DNA from: Alloascoidea hylecoeti
Taxonomy: Eukaryota
Direction of reading: 5' to 3'
DNA length: 64,000 nucleotides
Assembly: GCA_001600815.1 (NCBI GenBank)
Contig: BCKZ01000015.1
Span: forward strand, 434,001-498,000
The position numbers and the translations under genes were made by a program. The notes beneath the pieces are model-generated. The model had not been told where the DNA came from and searched no databases. It worked only from the letters and a program-made list of their open reading frames with translations. Shown here piece after piece: positions 12,359 to 24,631 of the stretch; the first letter of the stretch is position 1; each line of letters opens with the position of its first letter.

Positions 12359-13553
12359 TTATCTCATCATGACTACCGTTATATGAAGAAACCCATCTGT
12401 ATACATTGAATTGTATAATAACTCCACTAATGGCACACTCAAACGCACTATAATACCATGAATAAGAGGCCTTGCAATTATGCACCTTTTTGGCGATGGA
12501 AATAACTCCGGCAGGAAATAATGTAATGTTGTACCAAGAGTATGAAAGTCACCTAATTATGATATACCACTTTTGTTAGACATGTTTTGTTAAATATTTC
12601 AAGTTTTTAATAATAGCTTACCTCTTTCATTTAATAAGTTTATGGGCGCTTGAAGAACATTATTGGAAACTGGTAGATATAACTTTGCAGGTATATGGCG
12701 TATATACATTCTATTCGAAGGTAATAATCCATTAACAATAGACCAATATAAATAAAAGTCATCTATCATAATATGAATGAAAATCATCAATTTATCAGTT
12801 AGAAAGTCATACGATATCTGCTTTATATGATAAAGTATCAAAAACAAGCATACTTTCTTTAACGCTTTTCCATAATCGTGTTGAATCATCTTTTGATAAA
12901 TTCATTACATCTTTCGCATTACCATTCCTGACGAAACAAGACTATTGTGCACAATATTAATATACCAACAATAACAAATAATAAAGCATAAAGACCTATA
13001 ATTTACCTCTTTAAATTGATTCCACCACATATCTTCAATCGACTTTTCATTATCCAACCCAGCAAGATACCCTTTGGGATAATCCTTATAATTTAATATT
13101 AAATTAAATGGATTGATTTTATCATCTCTACCATTTGATGGATCAAGACCAGTTAACAGATCAAAAGAAAGACCAATAGGCCAGTTCCTATATGGTGGCA
13201 GCGTTAAAAATATTGGCAAGGATTACATGATACATCATAATGAGAACATACCATTTAAGTGGGACTCCTTCAAATTCAAACCACCATTCATACGTGTCAT
13301 TGTATTTAGATTCAACAATGAATGGTTTAAAATAACTTATTATTTCAGGTAAATATAAAGGCAGATAGGATATTCTTGGTATTGTACGCTGATAAAGATT
13401 AGACTATTTCTCTTAAACAAACCTAAGAAGAAAAAAAGAAAGACGTACTAAATATTCAGCAGGTAAGTCTAGAGATATATTATCAGACAGAGATAACAAT
13501 ATCCTAACATTTATGGATCCTTCCCAAATTCTCTTTCTTACCGCCTCTGTCAT
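12359..13553 (-). CDS. ATG5: Autophagy protein Atg5, 6 exons: 13553-13449, 13388-13252, 13187-13007, 12941-12854, 12762-12622, 12552-12359
   Basis: Five GT-AG introns splice in frame to give IWEGSI...PRISYLPL...[20 protein letters not shown]...FKESCFVRNGNAKDVMNLSKDDSTRLW...RHIP...TLG...IHGI...YTDGFLHI. Confidence 0.92.
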
Positions 13554-13623
13554 ACTTTTGGAGTTTGGAGTTTGAAGTGGAGTTTATCTCTAAGTTAATC
13601 ATTTGAATATATCCTTGGGTATG

Positions 13624-13639
13624 CACGTGTGCCGGGTAA
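13624..13639. promoter_or_regulatory. CACGTG plus Reb1-like CCGGGTAA in the 148-bp ATG5/SED5 bidirectional promoter
   Basis: CACGTG at 13624-13629 and CCGGGTAA at 13632-13639. Confidence 0.5.
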
Positions 13640-13701
13640 CTTTTATTGTTTTTACATGCAAGTATAAATTTAAGTTAGACACCTTTTGGTTTTCTCCACA
13701 A

Positions 13702-14775
13702 ATGACTACACTTCTTGGAGTTCCACCATTGATCCACGATAGAACAAGTGAGTTTTACTCGTGTGTTCAAAGCATTTCAAAATTATCGCGTGAACGGAAT
13801 AGAAGAAACAATAACAATTATAATAACGACCAGAATCCTTCATCAATAATTGCCCCAAAAAGCGAATTTCAAATAAATGCTTTTGACATCTCAACAAATA
13901 TTAGGAAAACAACAAATCTATTACAGCAACTATCTATTTTAGCTGAAAAGAAAACTTTATTCGATGATAAATCCGTTGAAATTTCTGAATTATCGTTTAT
14001 TATTAAAAAATGTTTATTTAAAATCAAAGAAGATATAACAAAGTTGTCTTTATACCAGAAGAATTTATCGTCACATAACCAAATTAAGGAACATTCAAAT
14101 AATGTCATTAAATATTTACAAAATAATCTAGGTGATATAACAACTCGTTTTCAAGGTATATTAGAAACAAAAACAAAAAATATGAAAATTGTTAAAAGTC
14201 GAACAAAGAATTTTATATCCACAGCCCAATCAAAGCAACAACCCGTTCAACATGATTCATCATTGCAATCAAACGCCCCAAATAGAACTTATTCTCCTTT
14301 AAATTCAAATCGTCCAACTACAAATTCCCCCCTTTATGGGGCTCCTGGTACTAGTACACTTGTAAATCGGCCTGCCTCGAAAATTAAAAATATAGCTTCA
14401 GACAATCCATATTCTGAAACATACTTGAATAATTCAGATACATTATCATTACCTGATCAAACACAACAAATGCTATTACTCGAAGAACAACAACAAGATA
14501 CATATTCATCAGAAAGAAGTTCAGCAATTGAAACTATTGAATCCACAATTCAAGAATTAGGTGGTATTTTTTCACAACTAGCTGTCATGGTTGCTGAACA
14601 AAGAGATGTTGTACAAAGAATAGATGCAAATATTGAAGATATTCAATTAAATGTAAGTGGTGCTCAAAGGCAATTATTAAAGTATTTTAATACAGTTTCA
14701 AGTAATCGTTGGCTATATTTAAAAATATTTGGGATATTAACTTTTTTCTTTTTTATTTGGGCGATTGTATCTTAA
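13702..14775 (+). CDS. SED5: cis-Golgi Qa-SNARE, syntaxin-5/Sed5
   Basis: N-terminal DRTSEF motif, SNARE motif AIETIESTIQELGGIFSQLAVMVAEQ...QRID, and C-terminal TM after SSNRWL. Confidence 0.95.
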   Translation: MTTLLGVPPLIHDRTSEFYSCVQSISKLSRERNRRNNNNYNNDQNPSSIIAPKSEFQINAFDISTNIRKTTNLLQQLSILAEKKTLFDDKSVEISELSFIIKKCLFKIKEDITKLSLYQKNLSSHNQIKEHSNNVIKYLQNNLGDITTRFQGILETKTKNMKIVKSRTKNFISTAQSKQQPVQHDSSLQSNAPNRTYSPLNSNRPTTNSPLYGAPGTSTLVNRPASKIKNIASDNPYSETYLNNSDTLSLPDQTQQMLLLEEQQQDTYSSERSSAIETIESTIQELGGIFSQLAVMVAEQRDVVQRIDANIEDIQLNVSGAQRQLLKYFNTVSSNRWLYLKIFGILTFFFFIWAIVS

Positions 14776-16977
14776 TATATGAACTACTACTGTAAAATAC
14801 GTTTTATAACTTATAACTTAATATAATATAAATTTAAACTGATTATTGTAGAGTGTGTATACGTTCTAATTTATAACTTATACTATAGCTATAAATGCCT
14901 CATAATTAGATAAATTAGGAAGACTGCTGAATTGACTGTGGTAAATAATTACAACTGGAAAATATTTGGTCATGATATTGATTGAACTCGAAGATTTACT
15001 TCTGCGTTCAGCATTAGATAAAAAAAAAAGAGACAAGTCCCATTGGCCATGATATAATAAATCAAGAATATAATGATAACATTATACATCATATTCTTGT
15101 GGTATTAGTGGATGGTTTGATATTGATATAAAGTTCAGTTAAATTTAAAGAAATATGATCAATCAATTTAATTTGTCTATACATTGCCCGTGGCTAACTG
15201 AAATCAATGTTCTCATTGCTCAAACTTGATTGTTCATTCGCCTCATATAAGCATCTTTATAATAAATTATAAAGAATTCCCTTCCCCATAGTATGGTCAA
15301 GGTATAAAGGAAAAGACGAACGAAATCATGGTCAACGTGAGAAATCATAGAAATAACTGTGGCATAAAACATCATTTCATAAACTTCTTTGTATAAACTA
15401 CAAGGAATTATTAATAAAATGAATTTAACTTACATATTGATGAATAGGGTATAGGATAGGAAAGTCGATATATTTATATACTAAGCTATCTATTTGAAAT
15501 GAGACGAAGCTGAGTCAGATTATGCTTCATCTGATGATTCCTCGTTAAAGTTTAACTGAGGCGATTTAATATAAACTTATAGATGTCAGATAGAGATGGA
15601 TAAGGGCGCCAAATCCTAAATCTTTGACATCAAGATCTTTGAATATACTCCAGAAGTTATGTATGTTTTCACCTGGGTAAATATATTAACACCCTCACAC
15701 AATAAATATTATGTTAACAAGTGGATCCCCGAAATTAGAATTGGTTATAAGAACGATTGAGTTGTAAGGATCATATCCATGTAAAATGGGTTTAATACAA
15801 AAGTTCAATTTTGAGTTAATTGAAAGCAAATTAAGGCTGGAAATGGCTCCTACAGTATATGTAAACACCATACAGTTATCCTGTAGCTAAGAACTGGATT
15901 TCTCAAACTTAAGCAAAACCCTCTCTTAAAAAGCGCATATACAATAGATTGAGTTGAGAGGATTAAATATGTAAACTTTTATTAGAGAATTGAGATTGTG
16001 GGTGGAGAAAAAAGGACTGATTTCTTTCCCGCCCCTAACCATAAAAAAAGTTTTCCTAAAATACTATTAGAAGCATCACATTTTATAATATAATTAAATG
16101 AAAGTTCAATAACAACTGTAATTAATTGGAAATTCCTATTGTAATATTTCAGTGCTAGTTCCACACATTGATATAAATTATTATACTGTAATTTCACCTA
16201 GTTTCGACCACCTGGTGGACTAAATATTCGTACATCTTTTAAACTAAAAAATCGGTCACTTTTATTGTATTGATAATTAAATGTTAGTTGCTTGTATGAC
16301 TGACACATAGTTCGCCATTTGTCTAGATTTATTTAGTTGTAAAAATGGCATATATTTCGTTTGTATATTAGTCACTAGTATGAATGTATATTCACTATTT
16401 AGTAGAGTTAATACTTCGTTGCGCTGGTGACAAAGGGTCGTCGCCAATTCGGCATGTGTGTGAATTTATTTTAACCACTATCTATGTAGAGTAAATATTA
16501 AGCGTAATACCTATTTCGTTATTTGGGCTCTACATTTGGACATCTGGTTTCAGACAATCATTTGTCTAACAATTATTTCGTCACTTCCCTTTTGGATAGC
16601 TCGTCAAGTAGTAGACCAATATTTTGTGCTTTCGAAAACTATTCATTGAACTGTTGATGCTAACCGAAATTTATCTCCCACTTCCTTCGAATTCATTAAA
16701 TGTTCGCCACTTATACTGTTCCACCAGATTTTCAGCTATAAGGTTAGATCTAGAGCTTTGTAAGTTTACTATGAGAGGATGTAAATGGAGAAATCTTCAT
16801 TAAAAATAATAATAATTAATATTATAAACTAAAATTCACCATATGGCCTTATTAGAATTCATTAAAATAAATTACATAATAAATAGTAATTAAGTAGATT
16901 AAAATGTAGCTATGTTTATAATGCCCGGATATTTTGAAATATAAAAAACTCTAAAATCTATACTAATATTTTAAGTT

Positions 16978-19407
16978 TCAAACAATCAAAGCCCTCGCTC
17001 TTTCTTCTTCATCAATACTACTCAATGCATCCTCGATACTAGCATAAAAACCTTCTCCTAATCCTGTTAATAGATGTGATTTTCTTCGTTGGTTTACGTG
17101 ATCTCCAGTAGATACACCATCGGAAAGCTGCTTCCCACTGTCAGCTAAATTTTCATCATCAACATTGTATTCATTTATAAACGGTTCATATGTATCAATG
17201 TTCATTATATCCTCACCCTTTTTTTGAATTAAATTCACGATTCCACTTGATATAAAAACATCCCTTATTTTTTTATTCACTGGAATGCGAGTGAATAAAA
17301 CATAAACACCTCTACTTTTATATGATTGTATGATTTCAAATAGAATTTGTACTGCTGATATATCAATATTTGTCATTCCTTTCAAATCTAATATCAAATA
17401 CCTCGTCATTTTTTCATCTCTAGTGGCTGGTTGTGATGGGTGAATATGTAATGTACCATATTTTTCTAATCTTAATAATCTTGTTTTTAAATCTTCTGTA
17501 TTTACAAAAGTTAATGGTTCTGGAATTTTAACAATTAAACATCCTTCTATTTCCTCAATTTCTGAAATTATGTTTGGATTAATTGTTGGCAATTCTTGGT
17601 GACCATGACTATGTTCATTTGATCCTACTGGTCTTGTATTAAAATCGTCAATATAATTGAAAGCTTCCTCTATTAATTCATCAGCGTTTCTAAATATATT
17701 TGTATTTGGGACACGCCCTAGTATTTGTATTCTTGATTTATAAGAATGACGAATTACTCTATCAATTGCTAAACCAGTACCAATAGCAATACCAGCCTCC
17801 GCAGAACCAATAACGGTTACCAAAAAGGTAATTAGTAATGTTAATAACTCTTGATAACCAGAAACTTTCCAATAAAATAGAATATCTGATGGTGCTTCCT
17901 CTAATAGAGATATAGCAATTATTGATATAATAACTGCAAGTATACATTCAGGTAGATAATAAAACAGCGGTATTAGAAACCAGACACTGAATAATGTTAT
18001 AGTTGCTAGTACTATACCAGCCATTGGAGTTTTTGCACCAGATAAAACATTTATTTTACTTTTTGCATATCCACCAAAGGAAGGAAGTGCTCCAAATAAT
18101 GAACAACCGATATTGACCATACCAGCAGCGACTAATTCTCTATTTGAAGATACAGTAAAATTAAAATTTGCCCCCAACGCTTTAATAGTTGTACAAGTAT
18201 CAAAGAATCCTAAGATTGCAATAATAAAAGAAGTTGAGAATCTTTTTTTAAAGACAGATAAATTGTTGAAATTTATTGGAAAGCGTATTTTAATAGATGA
18301 ATTTTCAATTGAACCAACAATTGAGACTCCTTTATGTTCCCAGTTTAAAAGTTTTGATAGAATAGTTGTAATGATAACTGTTATTAAAATTTCAGGTATA
18401 AATATTATCCATTTGAACTTTTTAAATCTGGTTAATTTCTTTTTTAAAATTTTAATAACTAATAATATACAAAAACAAATAGCTGATATCGTTGTCGTTA
18501 ATATATGGATTTTATCAAAATATTTATGAATAAATTTCATTTTGTCAAATGTTGTTGAAGTTAATCCAGGTTCTTCCAATTCATAACTTGTTAAGCCTAA
18601 CTCACTAATCAATTCACTAATTAACATGACAACTCCAAAAGCAGCCATGAAACCTCTTAATAACGCTCGTGATAAAACATTATCCCAAAACCCAACTCGG
18701 AATAACCCTGCTGCTAGTATTAGACCACTAACGGTTCCAGTTATAACAGATACTATTTCTTGAGCTGAATACTTTTGATTAGGATCCTGTCTTACTTCGT
18801 CAGATATTTGACCTAATATGAGAGTGATTGCAACATCTGGACCTAATATCATTTGAGATACACTTCCAAATATAGCATATATGAATCCTGGTATAATTAA
18901 GCTGTATAATCCCACTATAGGAGATAACTTTGCTAGAGATGACGCATAGGACATGCACAAAGGGATTTGAAAGGCTGCCAATGATAGACCAGCAATTAGA
19001 TCGCCCCAGAATTTATTCATGTTATATTCTGGAAGCCATGATAAGATAGGCAAATAGTATGAAAGATATAACCTGTATGATAAAGTCTTAGGGAATATAA
19101 TTGGCCTTTCAAAAGATTGTAAGGTCATATTAGAAGGTCGTCGCCCAATAATTGATGTCATATTATGGGTTGAATTGCTTCTGCTATTGTTTCCGCTATT
19201 ATTTCTGCTATTGCTTCTGCTTGTATCGAAAACTAAAGATCTGGCTTCCTGATTCATAACACTAGGTGGCTTGTTGACCCTCATTGATGTCACAGACCTA
19301 TGGCTACCATAATAATTATTATCTTCTCCTGTATTAAATAGACGAGTGGACTCATTTTGACTTGGTCCTCGAGATGTTGAAGGTTGTATTGGGACTGGAT
19401 TGACCAT
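16978..19407 (-). CDS. SulP/SLC26 anion (sulfate) transporter with STAS domain, YPR003C-like
   Basis: YLPILSWLPEY..GDLIAGLS..QIPLCMSYA, GLYS, SSNRELVAAG, many TM segments, and a C-terminal STAS (ILDLKGMTNIDISA). Confidence 0.92.
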   Translation of the reverse strand: MVNPVPIQPSTSRGPSQNESTRLFNTGEDNNYYGSHRSVTSMRVNKPPSVMNQEARSLVFDTSRSNSRNNSGNNSRSNSTHNMTSIIGRRPSNMTLQSFERPIIFPKTLSYRLYLSYYLPILSWLPEYNMNKFWGDLIAGLSLAAFQIPLCMSYASSLAKLSPIVGLYSLIIPGFIYAIFGSVSQMILGPDVAITLILGQISDEVRQDPNQKYSAQEIVSVITGTVSGLILAAGLFRVGFWDNVLSRALLRGFMAAFGVVMLISELISELGLTSYELEEPGLTSTTFDKMKFIHKYFDKIHILTTTISAICFCILLVIKILKKKLTRFKKFKWIIFIPEILITVIITTILSKLLNWEHKGVSIVGSIENSSIKIRFPINFNNLSVFKKRFSTSFIIAILGFFDTCTTIKALGANFNFTVSSNRELVAAGMVNIGCSLFGALPSFGGYAKSKINVLSGAKTPMAGIVLATITLFSVWFLIPLFYYLPECILAVIISIIAISLLEEAPSDILFYWKVSGYQELLTLLITFLVTVIGSAEAGIAIGTGLAIDRVIRHSYKSRIQILGRVPNTNIFRNADELIEEAFNYIDDFNTRPVGSNEHSHGHQELPTINPNIISEIEEIEGCLIVKIPEPLTFVNTEDLKTRLLRLEKYGTLHIHPSQPATRDEKMTRYLILDLKGMTNIDISAVQILFEIIQSYKSRGVYVLFTRIPVNKKIRDVFISSGIVNLIQKKGEDIMNIDTYEPFINEYNVDDENLADSGKQLSDGVSTGDHVNQRRKSHLLTGLGEGFYASIEDALSSIDEEERARALIV

Positions 19408-19458
19408 TTCAACAAAAGTTGGAGAAAAAGAAGTAGGATTTCATAACTTTAATATAGG

Positions 19459-19466
19459 CACGTGAT
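19459..19466 (-). promoter_or_regulatory. Cbf1-type E-box (ATCACGTG) ~52 nt upstream of the SulP ATG
   Basis: CACGTGAT on the + strand reads ATCACGTG on the gene strand. Cbf1 is a known sulfur-regulon factor in yeasts; function here is inferred. Confidence 0.45.
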
Positions 19467-19897
19467 ATTTCTTGTCTTAACATTCAAACCTGGGTGAAAA
19501 CAAAACTTCCGGAAAATATAGTGTGTAGGCCCATAGTTTGAATTGTAAGAAGTTTTATAAAGAGTTTGGCCAGGAGTAGAAAATCTAATGCATCAAGATT
19601 TTTGTCCACAAAAGCGAAATCTTTAATCTTCAACACGTAAAAACTTTGGAAGTAACCATTGAAGCCAGGAACCAGAAGAGTCGTGATATTAGATATTCAA
19701 TAAAGTTCTTTTGGTTAAGATATAGATTATTGTGTTTTCGACACCTCGGACATTGTTGAAAGAGATTGCATTTCCATTTTCATTATGTTATTTCGTTGAG
19801 TTATATTTCATTAGGCTACAGTGCTACCGTGCTATGCTGATAATTATAATGTTATAATTACGTCTATATAGTCTAGACTCTACAGTGCTGCTACATA

Positions 19898-20109
19898 CCG
19901 TGAAGTTGCCAGAATGAAAACCAAGGTAGTACCCGTACCGGGTATTCGGGGTTCATTTATTAGCTACCGGTAACTAGGTAATATTTTAAGCTGGAAGGAT
20001 ACCCGGTACATTAGTAAGCTCTGCCACAAGTAAAATACAGTACGGGTGCATTGAAATCTGCCCTGCTGAAGTATTCATTTTGGTAGTTTTCACTCTGGCA
20101 ACTTCACGG
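19898..20109. repeat. Nested inverted-repeat (MITE/foldback-like) element
   Basis: CCGTGAAGTTGCCAGAATGAAAA (19898-19920) versus the reverse complement of 20087-20109 matches 22/23. Inner perfect 11-bp IR GTACCGGGTAT (19935-19945) / ATACCCGGTAC (19999-20009). Confidence 0.7.
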
Positions 20110-22021
20110 GTAGCACATAAACGAAATTTTATAATGCGGGTGGCACGATTGAATGCAGGGTGGTATCTAATATCTATCCTTATCCAATAACAGTTTTGTT
20201 TAGTATATGTTCTTCGAAGCTTTACCAATTTATCAGTATTTTTAACTGAATTATATCTCAGACATCTGTTCAATATGTATTAAGTAGTACTGCAGTTGAT
20301 TTAAAACCACAAACCCCAGGCCCGGTTTCAGTGTTAGTGTGGCTATAATCTTATATTTGATCATGCGGTATATTCAACTAGTATAAATAGTGCCATCGAT
20401 CGATCGCTTTTGTGCTAGTGATATATATATATATATAAGAATTATAAGGAATTCGAGTCATTGATGAGTATCAGGTGAAATTATATAGAAGAAAAAAATT
20501 ATAACTAATTTAGGATCAGACATTAAAGTTCGCAATTGATTGATTAAAGCCTTTATATATTATAGTTTAGTATTTAATAAGGCATAATTGTTCGGAAATG
20601 TCGTCGTAGAGAATAATATTAATACCAGCCTACCAGGAAACCTTATTAGTTGGTAGAATGTCATATGGTGACGAAACTAGCTATAGTGTGGAGTCCGAGA
20701 CCTCAAACACCTAATTATGAACTGACATAATATGAATACGAAAATGTCTCTCGATGATTTTGTAGTTAATAGCTACGTAGTATGTATATTATACATCTCG
20801 TAGTATATCACCAATGATTCACCATATAAATTATATGATAATTATTATTATTACATGTTATTACTTATTAGAAGGCCCTGTTGTATCACCATACATGGGT
20901 TTGTAATTGAACTCCCCGGTTATATTTGAAAGGAGTTATGAGACAAAAGTACGAAAGTATACCATGTGTACCTAAATTAATGGTCAATTATAACGTTAGA
21001 AATTCCCTTGTAATTATATATATAACATTGTTATACAACGTTAACCAATAAAAACTAAAGCTTAAGAAATACTACAACTAGTCTATAAGTATATGTTATA
21101 CTAGCTAGCAAATATAGACAATTATATTATGGCACAGTATTATATAAATTTAAAAGCAAATGTTATGTATATAAATATAAGCTTGGATCACGATTACTTT
21201 ATAATTAATCGCATTGAACAGCATTATAACCTTCCCATATGCATGGCTAGTTTTAACAATTATTGGATCATTTTATAAAAGAGGAGATGTCTTAAATTCT
21301 AACATGATCATCACATTCACCAGCAACAACTCCTCCAGGCTTAAGTTCCAAGTTCCAAGTTCCAACCGTCAAGGTTAAGACAGAAACACTGAGTAATTAT
21401 ACAGGTATGCATGCATATGAGGTCTCGGATAAACTATGAAGTCAATTACAAATGTACAATTCTCTCTGTACCCCGCGTCATGAAAGATACGGTATTAAGC
21501 GCCATTTAAGATCTATAGTTTTTTATTCCTGGAAGTACCGCGGCCTAAGCCAGTTTTCGAAATAAATTAAATTATGTATAATTATCTTATAGCAAAAAAA
21601 CAAGTTTTTATATCGATGATGATTACCATACCTGATCATCATATCAACTTAATACACATCCAGAGTCATCCCATTACTTAATTTATATATGAAATATATA
21701 TAATTATAAGCCTTGAAAACTGAATATATATAAATATATATGATAATTATAATTTTACGATCACATATTGATATTTGAAAGTATTATTCTATCATATTGA
21801 AAGAACTACAAATATTCTATTTTTTTAGGTAATTGTTCCGATTCGAAGATATTAACTGTGATCGTGATATAACGATATATTATACATCCTCATATATTCC
21901 AATTGCCTGTAGCTGTAGCTGAAAATGATGGAGCATAAAAGACCTTGATATCCTCTTCAATCTAACTTTTTATTTTATCAACAGCTTTGAAGCTTCAAAG
22001 ATTTAATCTGTGATATAACAA

Positions 22022-23340
22022 ATGATTTCAATTCAAAAGATCTTAGCTCTCGGTACAGCTTTATTTATTGGAACAGCAAGTTCAGCACCAATGTATGTTT
22101 AAACTATTTATAGGTATTTAACTCTAATATTTTAACTTTAAACTAATCTTTCATATTTAGTCAATTACTCAGTCGAGATGACAATTCAACAGAAATAACA
22201 AAGGGTGTGAATCTCGGTGGTTGGCTTGTCTTAGAACCATTTATAACTCCTTCTTTATTTGAAGATTTTGATGATGTTATTCCGGTTGATGAATATCACT
22301 ATTGCAAATATTTAGGACAAGAGGAAGCTAAAACTAGATTGACTAAACATTGGAATTCTTGGATTACAGAAGGTGATTTTTATAAAATTAAAGGATACGG
22401 TTTCAATACAGTTAGATTACCAATTGGGTATTGGGCTTTTGAACTTGTTGATGATGATCCATTTGTTCAAGGAGCCGCTGAGTATTTAGATAAATCACTT
22501 GAATGGGCTAGGTCTGCAGGATTGAAGGTTTGGATTGATCTTCATGGACATCGTGGTTCACAAAATGCTTTCGATAATTCTGGTTTAAGAGATGAACATT
22601 CATGGTACGATGAAAATGTTACATTGTCTCTAAAAGTTGTTAAAGAAGTTACCGAGAAATATGGGCAATCAAATTATAGTGATGTCGTTTCTGGAATTCA
22701 ACTTATTAATGAACCTAAAGCTTCATTATATGACATTACGGATATTAAGAAATATTTTGAAGATGGTTACGAAATTGTCAGAAATGGTAGTAGTTCTACG
22801 CCTGTTATTCTTCAAGATTCCTTCCTTGATGTGGATTACTGGAATGACTATATGTCATCTTCTGATTATACAGATGTTGTTATGGATACTCATCAATACC
22901 AGTTTGTTACTACAAATAAATCATTAACTATTGATGATTTTGTGCAGAATGCTTGTGATATTGGTGAATTGATTAAGAATGCCACTCTTAAGACTATAAC
23001 TGGTGAATGGACTTCAGCAATGACAGATTGTACAAAATGGGTTGGCGGCGGAGTCGGTCTTGGTCACTATTATGATGGTACCAAAGGAAATGATTCTGCT
23101 GTTTATATTGGTAGTTGTGATGAAATCAATAATATTAACGAATGGAGTGAAGAAAGGAAAGTTAATACTAGAAAGTTTGTTGAAGCTCAAATGGACGCTT
23201 ATGAGCAAGGTGAAGGTTGGATATTCTGGACATATAGAACAGAAAGAGCAGTTGAGTGGTCAGTTGAAACATTAATTTCCAAGAATTTGTTCCCTCAACC
23301 ATTAACTGAAAGGAAATATTCGAACCAATGTGGTTACTAA
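22022..23340 (+). CDS. EXG1: Secreted GH5 exo-beta-1,3-glucanase. Exons 22022-22092 and 22161-23340
   Basis: The signal-peptide exon MISIQKILALGTALFIGTASSAP joins via a GTATGT..ACTAAT..TAG intron to KGVNLGGWLVLEPFITPSLF. Catalytic NEP and GEW motifs; SQNAFDNSG. Confidence 0.93.
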
Positions 23341-24435
23341 TGATTACATCTTCTTACTCATAATTTTATTTTCTGGTCCTTCACAGGCTTGTTTATTTTA
23401 TTCTCGTTAGTTGGGTCATATATTGAGCTTATTGCGCATCACATTTTTAAAGACCAAGTATATCGTCAAATCAATATTAGGATAGCAAAAAATACATAAT
23501 TTTAATGATAATGTCATGACTTCTTTTTAATTTACAGATACGATAACATGTGTACAATTAATAATTTCCATATCAGGTTCTTGAAAAAGTGCTTGTTGTA
23601 ATGTGTTGAAATAAAATTACTAATTAACTCCACATTGGTGGTTCACCAATTAATTTTAAATGCATCAAAAACCCGAAAGAAATCATTTCTTTAAATATAT
23701 GAAAATCAACGAAAAAGGTCAGAAAAAAATGTTGCTTTTAGAACGCTTAGAAGAAGGTAGTAAAAAAATGTGGAACTTACGGAAGAGTGATCAAATACCA
23801 TGCTAATAACTTATATTATTGTTTATTATAAACTTCTTTACAAACGTCTAGAAACCCCGTTTTCTCTTCCTAACATGAAAAGTAAATTGATAAGAATATG
23901 ATTTCAAGATTTATACTATTGCTATCACAACTATAACAGATTCATGATTATAATCATCTTCCATAAATATTTTTGTTAGGAACTGTAATCGATATCGATT
24001 GTAAGTGTTATATATATATATGCTCATTATAGCTTTTGTCTAACTTTTATAATTGACTATCGCTATAACATATAGCTAGTTTTTTTCAATATAAACATAT
24101 TCAATTCACATATATGCATTAATATTATATATTTGAAGCATATTTTCTTTGAAAATATGTAGCACTTTGAGCAAATATCGACCACTTATTAACCTATATT
24201 CGCCCAGATCATTTAGTCAAGTTTTTAAGCGCGATATTAGTTCAGCCAATGTGAAAATGGGTGTAAATCTTTGTGAATAGCTTGTCTTGGAGCCATGCAT
24301 CACTCCTTCTTTGTTTGAAGTTTTCAATGGTACAGTTTCCAGTAGATGAATATCGTTCATGTGAATGTTTAGAATGTTTAGGGAGGGAGGAACCAAAAAT
24401 TGTGATAAATAAACATTAGGATACATTTTATAAAC

Positions 24436-24631
24436 GAAGTGATTTTATAGAATTGCGGAATATGGATTAATACTGTTGGAATATCAGTTGAAGATTGGGC
24501 ATCTGAACTTCGATCGCGAGAATACTTATTCATTAATATTTTATTCAAGGAGTTGCAGATTATTTAGATAAAGCACCTGAATAATGGTCTAAGAATCCAG
24601 GATTAAATAAAGGTATGGATTGATGTTCATG
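24436..24631 (+). pseudogene. Frameshifted fragment of an EXG1 paralog
   Basis: Nucleotide similarity to EXG1 22369-22546, e.g. TTCAAGGAGTTGCAGATTATTTAGATAAAGCACCTGAAT vs TTCAAGGAGCCGCTGAGTATTTAGATAAATCACTTGAAT, and AAGGTATGGATTGATGTTCATG vs AAGGTTTGGATTGATCTTCATG. Indels and stops present. Confidence 0.85.

Noticed and set aside
15640..15750. KWIPEIR, resembling a Rho GTPase motif
   Set aside because: No G-box motifs nearby; probably chance.
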